DNA of 64,000 nucleotides, from positions 72,245,271 to 72,309,270 of the forward strand of contig NC_090373.1 in assembly GCF_036365525.1 (NCBI RefSeq), in the 5' to 3' direction. The translations under genes and the position numbers were made by a program. The notes under the pieces were generated by a model. The model did not search any database. It saw nothing but the letters and a program-made list of their open reading frames with translations, and had not been told where the DNA came from. Shown piece after piece: positions 51,700-61,016 of the stretch. The stretch comes from Heterodontus francisci. Lineage: Eukaryota. Every line of letters starts with the position of its first letter. Position 1 is the first letter of the stretch.

Positions 51700-54600
51700 T
51701 CAGTGGTCTGAATCTCAGTGGTGAGATTCTCAGCGGTGTGAATCTCAGCCGTGTGACTCACAGTGGTGGGAATCTCAGTGATGTGATTCTCAGTGGTGTG
51801 AATCTCAGTCGTGTGAATCTCAGTGGTGTGATTCTCAGTGGTGTGAATCTCAGTGGTGTGAATTTCAGTGGTGAGATTCTCACTGGTGAGATTCTCAGTG
51901 GTGTGATTTTCTGTGGTGAGATTTTCAGTGGTGTGAATCTCAATGCTGAGATTCTCAGTATTCTGATTCTCAGTGTTCTGATTCTCAGTGGTGAGATTCT
52001 CAGTCGTCTTATTCTCAGTGGTTTCAGTCTCAGTGGTGTAAATCTCAGTGGTGTGAATCTCAGTGGTGTGAATCTCAGTGGTGTGATTCTCAGTGTTGAG
52101 ATTCTCAGTGGCGTGCATCACAGTGGCGGGCATCTCAGTGGCGGGAATCTCAGTGGCGGGAATCTCAGTGGCGGGAATCTCAGTGGCGTGTATCTCAGTG
52201 GCGTGTATCTCAGTGGCGTGAATCTCAGTGGCGTGAATCTCAGTGGTTTGATTCTTAGTGGTGATATTCTCAGTGGTGTGAATCTCAGTGGTGTGAATCT
52301 CAGTGGTGGGAATCTCAGTGGTGTGATCTCAGTGGTGTGATTCTCAATCCTGAGATTCTCAGTGTTCTGATTCTCAGTGGTGAGATTCTCAGTGGTGAGA
52401 TTCTTGGTGTTGTTCATCTCAATGCTGAGATTCTCAGTGGTGAGAATCTCCCTGGTGAGATTCTCTGTGGTGAGATTTTCAGTGGTGTGAATCTCAATGC
52501 TGAGATTCTCAGTATTCTGATTCTCAGTGTTCTGTTTCTCTGGTGAGATTCTCAGTCGTCTAATTCTCAGTGGTTTCAGTCTCTGGTGTAAATCTCAGTG
52601 GTGCGAATCTCAGTGGTGCGAATCTCAGTGGTGCGAATCTCAGTGGTGCGAATCTCAGTGGTGCGATTCCCAGTGGTGTGATTCCCTGTGGTGGTATTAT
52701 CAGTGGTGTGATTCCCAGTGGAGAGATTCTCAGTCGTCTGATTCTAAGTGGTGTGATTCCCAGTGGTGTGATTCCCAGTGGTGTGATTCCCGGTGGTGGT
52801 ATTATCAGTGGTGTGATTCCCAGTGGTGTGATTCTCAGTGATATGATTTACAGTGGTGTGATTCCCAGTGGTGTAATTCCCAGTGGTGTGATTCCCAGTG
52901 GTGAGATTCCCAGTGGTGAGTTCCTCAGTGGTGAGATTCCCAGTGGTGTGAATCCCAGTTATCTGATTCTCAGTGGTGTGAATCTCAGTGGTGTGAATCT
53001 CAGTGGCGTGAATCTCAATGGTGTGATTCTCAGTGGTTTCTGTCTCAGTGGTGAGATTCTCTGCTGTGTGAATCTCAGCCGTGTGAATCTCAGTGGTGGG
53101 AATCTCAGTAGTGTGAATCTCAGTGGTGTGATTCTCAGTGGTGTGAATTTCAGTGGTGAGATTCTCAGTGGTGTGATTCTCAGTGTTGAGATTCTCTGTG
53201 GTGAGATTCTCTGTGGTGAGACTTTCAGTGGTGTGAATCTCAATGCTGAGATTCTCAGTATTCTGATTCTCAGTGTTCTGATTCTCAGTGGTGAGATTCT
53301 CAGTCGTCTTATTCTCAGTGGTTTCAGTCTCAGTGGTGTAAATCTCAGTGGTGTGAATCTCAGTGGTGTGAATCTCAGTGGTGTGATTCTCAGTGGTGAG
53401 ATTCTCAATGGCGGGCATCTCAGTGGCGGGAATCTCAGTGGCGGGAATCTCAGTGGCGGGAATCTCAGTGGCGGGAATCTCAGTGGCGTGTATCTCAGTG
53501 GCGTGTATCTCAGTGGCGTGAATCTCAGTGGCGTGAATCTCAGTGGTTTGATTCTTAGTGGTGATATTCTCAGTGGTGTGAATCTCAGTGGTGTGAATCT
53601 CAGTGGTGTGATTCTCAATCCTGAGATTCTCAGTGTTCTGATTCTCAGTGGTGAGATTCTCAGTGGTGAGATTCTTGGTGTTGTTCATCTCAATGCTGAG
53701 ATTCTCAGTGGTGAGAATCTCCCTGGTGAGAATCTCCCTGGTGAGATTCTCTGTGGTGAGATTCTCTGTGGTGAGATTTTCAGTGGTGTGAATCTCAATG
53801 CTGAGATTCTCAGTATTCTGATTCTCAGTGTTCTGTTTCTCTGGTGAGATTCTCAGTCGTCTAATTCTCAGTGGTTTCAGTCTCTGGTGTAAATCTCAGT
53901 GGTGCGAATCTCAGTGGTGCGAATCTCAGTGGTGCGAATCTCAGTGGTGCGAATCTCAGTGGTGCGATTCCCAGTGGTGTGATTCCCAGTGGTGTGATTC
54001 CCTGTGGTGTGATTCCCAATGGTGAGATTCTCAGTGGTGTGATTCCCAGTTTTGTGATTCCCAGTGGTGGTATTATCAGTGGTGTGATTCCCAGTGGAGA
54101 GATTCTCAGTCGTCTGATTCTAAGTGGTGTGATTCCCAGTGGTGTGATTCCCAGTGGTGTGATTCCCGGTGGTGGTATTATCAGTGGTGTGATTCCCAGT
54201 GGTGTGATTCTCAGTGATATGATTTACAGTGGTGTGATTCCCAGTGGTGTAATTCCCAGTGGTGTGATTCCCAGTGGTGAGATTCCCAGTGGTGAGTTCC
54301 TCAGTGGTGAGATTCCCAGTGGTGTGAATCCCAGTTATCTGATTCTCAGTGGTGTGAATCTCAGTGGTGTGAATCTCAGTGGTGTGAATCTCAGTGGTGT
54401 GAATCTCAATGGTGTGATTCTCAGTGGTTTCTGTCTCAGTGGTGAGATTCTCAGCTGTGTGAATCTCAGCCGTGTGAATCACAGTGGTGGGAATCTCAGT
54501 AGTGTGAATCTCAGTGGTGTGATTCTCAGTGGTGTGAATTTCAGTGGTGAGATTCTCAGTGGTGTGATTGTCAGTGTTGAGATTCTCTGTGGTGAGATTC

Positions 54601-55800
54601 TCTGTGGTGAGATTTTCAGTGGTGTGAATCTCAATGCTGAGATTCTCAGTATTCTGATTCTCAGTGTTCTGATTCTCAGTGGTGAGATTCTCAGTCGTCT
54701 TATTCTCAGTGGTTTCAGTCTCAGTGGTGTAAATCTCAGTGGTGTGAATCTCAGTGGTGTGAATCTCAGTGGTGTGATTCTCAGTGGTGAGATTCTCAAT
54801 GGGGGGCATCTCAGTGGCGGGAATCTCAGTGGCGGGAATCTCAGTGGCGGGAATCTCAGTGGCGGGAATCTCAGTGGCGTGTATCTCAGTGGCGTGTATC
54901 TCAGTGGCGTGAATCTCAGTGGCGTGAATCTCAGTGGTTTGATTCTTAGTGGTGATATTCTCAGTGGTGTGAATCTCAGTGGTGTGAATCTCAGTGGTGG
55001 GAATCTCAGTGGTGTGAATCTCAGTGGTGTGATTCTCAATCCTGAGATTCTCAGTGTTCTGATTCTCAGTGGTGAGATTCTCAGTGGTGAGATTCTTGGT
55101 GTTGTTCATCTCAATGCTGAGATTCTCAGTGGTGAGAATCTCCCTGGTGAGAATCTCCCTGGTGAGATTCTCTGTGGTGAGATTCTCTGTGGTGAGATTT
55201 TCAGTGGTGTGAATCTCAATGCTGAGATTCTCAGTATTCTGATTCTCAGTGTTCTGTTTCTCTGGTGAGATTCTCAGTCGTCTAATTCTTAGTGGTTTCA
55301 GTCTCTGGTGTAAATCTCAGTGGTGCGAATCTCAGTGGTGCGAATCTCAGTGGTGTGAATCTCAGTGGTGCGATTCCCAGTGGTGTGATTCCCTGTGGTG
55401 TGATTCCCAATGGTGCGATTCTCAGTGGTGTGATTCCCAGTGTTGTGATTCCCAGTGGTGGTATTATCAGTGGTGTGATTCCCAGTGGTGTGATTCCAAG
55501 TGGTGTGATTCCCAGTGGAGAGATTCTCAGTCGTCTGATTCTCAGTGGTGTGATTCCCAGTGGTATGATTCCCAGTGGTGTGATTCCCGGTGGTGGTATT
55601 ATCAGTGGTGTTATTCCCAGTGGTGTGATTCTCAGTGATATGATTTACAGTGGTGTGATTCCCAGTGGTGTGATTCCCAGTGGTGTAATTCCCAGTGGTG
55701 TGATTCCCAGTGGTGAGATTCCCAGTGGTGAGTTCCTCAGTGGTGAGATTCCCAGTGGTGTGAATCCCAGTTTTCTGATTCTCAGTGGTGTGAATCTCAG
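51700..55800. repeat. Approximately three-fold higher-order repeat, period about 1.3-1.4 kb
   Basis: ATTCTTGGTGTTGTTCAT at ~52400, ~53671 and ~55092. GTTCTGTTTCTCTGGT at ~52529, ~53830 and ~55251. Confidence 0.8.
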
Positions 55801-58800
55801 TGGTGTGAATCTCAGTGGTGAGATTCTCAGTGGTGTGATTCTCAATGGTGTGAATCTCAGTGGTGTGATTCTCAGTGGTGTGAATCTCAGTGGTGTGAAT
55901 CTCAGTGGTCTGATTCTCAATGGTGTGAATCTAAGTGGTATGATTCTCAGTGGTGTGAATCTCAGTGGTGTGATTCTCAGTGGTGTAAATCTCAGTGGTG
56001 TGAATCTCAATGGTGTGATTCTCAGTGGTTTCAGTCTCAGTGGTGTGATTCTCAGTGTTGTGATTTTCAGTGCTGTGATTTTCAGTGGTGTGATTCTCAG
56101 TGGTGTGATTCTCAGTGGTGTGATTTTCAGTGGTCTGAATCTCAATGGTGTGATTCTCAGTGGTTTCAGTCTGAGTGGTGTGATTCTCAGTGGTGTGATT
56201 CTCAGTGGTGTGATTCTCAGTGGTGTGAATCTCAGTGGTGTGATTCTCAGTGGTGTCATTCTCAGTGGTGTGAATCTCAGTGAGATTCTCAGTGGTGTGA
56301 ATCTCAGCCGTGTGAATCACAGTGGTGTGAATCTCAGCCGTGTGATTCTCAGTGGTTTCAGTCTCAGTGGTGTCATTCTCAGTGGTGTGATTCTCAGTGG
56401 TGTGATTCTCAGTGGTGTGAATCTCAGTGGTGTGATTCTCAGTGGTCTGAATCTCAGTGAGATTCTCAGTGGTGTGAATCTCAGCCGTGTGAATCTCAGT
56501 GGTGTGAATCTCAATGGTGTGATTCTCAGTGGTTTCAGTCTCAGTGGTGTGATTCTCAGTGGTGTGATTCTCAGTGGCGTGAATCTCAGTGGTGTGATTC
56601 TCAGTGGTGTGAATCTCAGTGGTGTGAATCTCAGTGGTGAGATTCTCAGTGGTGTGAATCTCAGTGGTGTGATTCTCAGTGGTGTGAATCTCAGTGGTGT
56701 GAATCTCAGTGGTGTGAATCTCAATGGTGTGATTCTCAGTGGTTTCAGTCTCAGTGGTGTGATTCTCAGTGGTCTGAATCTCAGTGGTGAGATTCTCAGC
56801 GGTGTGAATCTCAGCAGTGTGAATCACAGTGGTGGGAATCTCAGTGATGTGATTCTCAGTGGTGTGAATCTCAGTGGTGTGATTCTCAGTGGTGTGATTC
56901 TCAGTGGTGTGAATTTCAGTGGTGAGATTCTCAGTGGTGAGATTCTCAGTGGTGTGATTCTCAGTGGTGAGATTCTCTGTGGTGAGATTCTCTGTGGTGA
57001 GATTCTCTGTGTTGAGATTTTCAGTGGTGTGAATCTCAATGCTGAGATTCTCAGTATTCTGATTCTCAGTGTTCTGATTCTCAGTGGTGAGATTCTCAGT
57101 CGTCTTATTCTCAGTGGTTTCAGTCTCAGTGGTGTAAATCTCATTGGTGTAAATCTCAGTGGTGTGAATCTCAGTGGTGTGAATCTCAGTGGTGTGCTTC
57201 TCAGTGGTGAGATTCTCAGTGGCGGGCATCTCAGTGGCGTGAATCTCAGTGGCGTGAATCTCAGTGGCGTGAATCTCAGTGGTTTGATTCTCAGTGGTTT
57301 GATTCTCAGTGGTGAGATTCTCAGTGGTGTGAATCTCAGTGGTGAGATTCTCTGTGGTGAGATTTTCAGTGGTGTGAATCTCAATGCTGAGATTCTCAGT
57401 ATTCTGATTCTCAGTGTTATGTTTCTCTGGTGAGATTCTCAGTCGTCTAATTCTCAGTGGTTTCAGTCTCTGGTGTAAATCTCAGTGGTGCGAATCTCAG
57501 TGGTGCGAATCTCAGTGGTGCGAATCTCAGTGGTGTGAATCTCAGTGGTGTGAATCTCAGTGGTGTGAATCTCAGTGGTGTGATTCTCAGTGGTGAGATT
57601 CTCAGTGGTGTGATTCTCAGTGTTGAGATTCTCTGTGGTGAGATTCTCTGTGATGTGAATCTCAGTGATGTGAATCTCAGTGGTGTGATTCTCAGTGTTG
57701 TGTATCTCAGTGGTGTGAATCTCAGTGGTGAGATTCTCAGTCTTCTGATTCTCAGTGGTGAGATTCTCAGTGGTGAGATTCTCAGTGGTGAGATTCTCAG
57801 TGTTGTGCATCGCAATGCTGAGATTCTCAGTGGTGTGATTCTCAGTGGTGTGATTCTCAGTGGTGAGATTTTCTGTGGTGTGAATCTCAATGCTGAGGTT
57901 CTCAGTATTCTGATTCTCAGTGGTGAGATTCTCAGCCATCTTATTCTCAGTGGTTTCAGTCTCAGTGGTGTAAATCTCAGTGGTGTGAACCTCAGTGGTG
58001 TGGATCTCAGTGGTGTGGTTCTCAGTGGTGTGATTCTCAGTGGTGAGATTCTCAGTGGTGTAACTCTCAGTGGCTGGAATCTCAGTGGCGGGAATCTCAG
58101 TGGCGTGAATCTCAGTGGTGAGATTCTCTGTGGTGAGATTCTCTGTGTTGAGATTCTCTGTGGTGTGAATCTCAGTGGTGTGATTTTCAGTGGTGAGATT
58201 CTCAGTGATGTGAATCTCAGTGATGTGAATCTCAGTGGTGTGATTCTCAGTGTTGTGTATCTCAGTGGTGTGAATCTCAGTGGTGAGATTCTCAGTCTTC
58301 TGATTCTCAGTGGTGAGATTCTCAGTGGTGAGATTCTCAGTGTTGTGATTCTCAGTGGTGTGATTCTCAGTGGTGTGATTCTCTTTGGTGAGATTCTCTG
58401 TGGTGTGAATCTCAATGCTGAGATTCTCAGTATTCTGATTCTCAGTGGTGAGATTCTCAGTCGTCTTATTCTCAGTGGTTTCAGTCTCAGTGGTGTAAAT
58501 CTCACTGGTGTGAACCTCAGTGGTGTGGTTCTCAGTGGTGTGGTTCTCAGTGGTGTGATTCTCAGTGGTTAGATTCTCAGTGGTGTAAATCTCAGTGGCG
58601 GGAATCTCAGTGGCGGGAATCTCAGTGGCGGGAATCTCAGTGGTGAGATTCTCAGTCGTCTTATTCTCAGTGGTTTCAGTCTGAGTGGTGTAAATCTCAC
58701 TGGTGTGAACCTCAGTGGTGTGGTTCTCAGTGGTGTGGTTCTCAGTGGTGTGATTCTCAGTGATGAGATTCTCAGTGGTGTAAATCTCAGTGGCGGGAAT

Positions 58801-59671
58801 CTCAGTGGCGGGAATCTCAGTGGCGGGAATCTCAGTGGTGTGAATCTCAGTGGTGTGATTCTCAGTGGTGTGATTCTCAGTCATCTAATTCTCAGTGGTT
58901 TCAGTCTCAGTGGTGTAAATCTCAGTGATGTGAATCTCAGTGATGTGAATCTCAGTGGCGGGAATCTCAGTGGCGGGAATCTCAGTGGTGTGAATCTCAG
59001 CGGTGGGAATCTCAGTGATGTGAATCTCAGTGGTGTGAATCTCAGTGGTGTGATTCTCAGTGGTGTGATTCTCAGTGGTGTGAATCTCAGTGGTGTGATT
59101 CTCAGTGGTGAGATTCTCAGTCGTCTAATTTTCAGTGGTTTCAGTCTCAGTGGTGTAAATCTCAGTAGTGTGAATCTCAGTGGTGTGAATCTCAGTGGTG
59201 GGAATCTCAGTGGTGTGAATCTCAGTGGTGGGAATCTCAGTGGCGGGAATCTCAGTGGCGTGTATCTCAGTGGCGTGAATCTCAGTGGCGGGAATCTCAG
59301 TGGCGGGAATCTCAGTGGTGGGAATCTCAGTGGTGTGAATCTCAGTGGTGTGAATCTCAGTGGTGTGAATCTCAGTGGTGGGAATCTCAGTGGTGGGAAT
59401 CTCAGTGGCGTGAATCTCAATGGTGTGAATCTCAGTAGTGTGGAGGAACCAAAAGTTTGAGGGCTACATATTGACAAATTTTGTTAAAAACAGGTAAAAA
59501 GATGTTCCCTGAATTTTGAAATAATATAATAGAACATTCAGATAACTTGCAAAGGTTCAGTCAGCATATGTGGAGAGCACCGAAAATGTAATATTTTGGA
59601 GAGGATTCATACCTATAATTTTAATTGTTCTGTTTTGTCCACAGATTCATTTCTACTATTAGGTATTTTTC

Positions 59672-59860
59672 TTGAAAAGTAGAACTGCAGGTGGCACAAG
59701 CCATGAAAAGTGCACTGGGGACTTTGGGTTGTACATCTCGGGTCATAAAATAGAAAAGCAAAGAAATGATGATGAATCTGTGCATGGCTTGATGGAGCAC
59801 TTTGTGCAATTTTTTGTACTCAGTTATAGAAACAATATTAGATCTATGGAAAAGTAGAAC
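59672..59860 (+). mobile_element. Old, decayed CR1-type LINE ORF2 C-terminal fragment
   Basis: Manual translation gives KVELQVAQAMKSALGTLGCTSRVIK*KSKEMMMNLC, then after a frameshift MEHFVQFFVLSYRNNIRSMEK. This resembles the CR1 ORF2 segment K..QV.KA.KKA.G.LG.I.R.IEYKSKEVML.LY...LEYCVQFW.P.YRKDI.ALEK. It contains a stop and a frameshift. Confidence 0.65.
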
Positions 59861-60375
59861 ATGAATAAAGGAGAACAATAGCAACACCTTGCAACCCTCT
59901 GGCCTTATTGTTGATATTAACAACTTCAGACCTTATATATAGCTTCCATTATCTCTCTAATAATGTAAAATGGGTGTGCTGGCATTTCCAAGAAAGGGGG
60001 TGAAGAACAGGCTTGTGTTTGAGATGGGGATCCCTGCTGTCAGAACATGGTGCTGACAGGATGATCCTTCCTATTGGTGCTGACCTTCCTTTTTATTTCA
60101 CTGGACTCCTGGGCTACTGTAATCAGGTTTCCGTGCTTCCAAGTTTACTTACTGATCCCCTTTCAGTTAGCCCCACACTCTTTCTGTCTTTTCTATGCTT
60201 ATTACTTTTAAATCCTCTCATAGTAACGAGCAGAAATCTTGTGTTGCAGCAATGTCTTTGCTCGGTAATGTAATTAAAAATAGGCAATGCTTTTGCTCTC
60301 AGAAAATAATGGGATGAGGAAATACCTGTGATGATTGTGCAAATAGAATCAATAAGTTCTCAGTTGATGGTTTCC

Positions 60376-60656
60376 ATAAAACCATAGGAAAATTATGGCA
60401 CAAAAGAAGGCCAATCGTGTCCATGCCAGCCGAAAAAACTCGCCACCCAATCTAATCCCACCTTCCAGCACCTGGTCCATAGCCTTGCTGGTTGCAGCAC
60501 TTCACGTGCATGTCCAGGTATCTTCTAAAAGAATCATGGGTTTCTGCCTCCACCACCATTCCTGGCAGTGAATTCCAGACACCCATCATCCTCTGGATGA
60601 AAAAGATTTTCCTCATGTCCCCTCTAATCCTTCTACCAATCACCCTAAATCTGTGT
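60376..60656 (-). mobile_element. 3' end fragment of a CR1-type LINE (ORF2 C-terminus plus 3' UTR)
   Basis: The minus-strand translation HRFRVIGRRIRGDMRKIFFIQRMMGVWNSLPGMVVEAETHDSFRRYLDMHVK matches the CR1 ORF2 terminal motif (R.NFF.QRVV..WNSLP..VVEA.....FK..LD). It is followed by a short UTR ending in TATGG-like repeats. Confidence 0.88.
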
Positions 60657-60738
60657 TTCAGACTACAATTGATTAACAAAGCTAAGTCTATTAATAACAA
60701 ACATATGCATCCTCCAAGTTGCTTAAACAGAACATCAG

Positions 60739-61016
60739 TTTTTTTTTTAGAGATACAGCACTGAAACAGGCCCTTCTGCCCACCGAGTCTGTGCCGACCA
60801 TCAACCACCCATCTATACTAATCCCACACTAATTCCATATTCCTACCACATCCCCACCTGTCCCTATATTCCCCTACCACCTACCTATACTAGGGGCAAT
60901 TTATAATGGCCAATTCACCTATCAACCTGAAAGTCTTTTGGCTGTGGGAGGAAACCGGAGCACCCGGAGGAAACCCACGCAGACACAGGGAGAACTTGCA
61001 AACTCCACACAGGCAG
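60739..61016 (-). mobile_element. 5'-truncated copy of the same V-SINE family (no tRNA head; A10 tail)
   Basis: Aligns by eye with 8757-9025 (AGAGATACAGCACTGAAACAGGCCCTT...AAACTCCACACAGGCAG) with scattered substitutions. It stops before the B box. A T10 run at 60739-60748 replaces the (ATTTAG)n tail. Confidence 0.9.

Larger units (their letters stand above)
1..59442. repeat. Large 15-bp-unit minisatellite/satellite array (consensus GGTGTGAWTCTCAGT), with many variant units and higher-order duplications; open at the left edge
   Basis: Continuous 15-bp periodicity, visible as a fixed column pattern in the 60-nt lines. Common unit variants are GGTGTGATTCTCAGT, GGTGTGAATCTCAGT, GGTGAGATTCTCAGT, GGTGTGATTCCCAGT, GGTGCGAWTCTCAGT, GGYGGGAATCTCAGT and GGTTTCAGTCTCAGT. 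Occasional 12-, 13- and 14-bp units shift the phase. The array ends abruptly at ...CTCAGTAGTGTG|GAGGAACC. Confidence 0.99.

Noticed and set aside
1786-56825. RAG recombination signal heptamers (CACAGTG, e.g. ~1786, 3068, 28204; CACTGTG ~11323)
   Set aside because: These are single-base variants of the CTCAGTG in every unit. I saw no ACAAAAACC-like nonamer at 12/23 bp and no V/D/J segments.
1777-59400. Transcription-factor motif look-alikes (CSL/RBPJ CGTGGGAA, NF-kB-like GGGATTCCC, GFI1-like AAATCTCAG)
   Set aside because: Short matches that follow automatically from the monomer sequence and its variants. Nothing in the sequence indicates function.
1-59442. CRISPR array or bacterial repeat locus
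   Set aside because: There are no unique spacers and no cas genes. Embedded SINEs and flanking LINEs show a vertebrate genome.
1-59442. Telomeric repeat or strong G-quadruplex array
   Set aside because: The + strand is G/T-rich, but there is no TTAGGG repeat and most units have only one GG, so canonical three-tier G4 motifs are largely absent.
1-59460. All array-derived ORFs in the track (up to 1639 aa) as protein-coding genes
   Set aside because: The 15-bp consensus has no stop in 4 of 6 frames, so overlapping long ORFs on both strands are expected. Starts are mostly GTG/TTG in a vertebrate context, frameshifts recur, and there is no non-repeat domain.
59443-59480. Minus-strand splice acceptor or start leading into the Thr-rich frame
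   Set aside because: The nearby ATG is followed immediately by TAG, candidate acceptors are weak, and the frame meets a stop about 330 nt into the array.
59490-59605. Possible degenerate interspersed repeat (GGTTCAGTCAGCATATGTGGAGAG)
   Set aside because: It only loosely recalls a common elasmobranch repeat and is too diverged to call without a library search.
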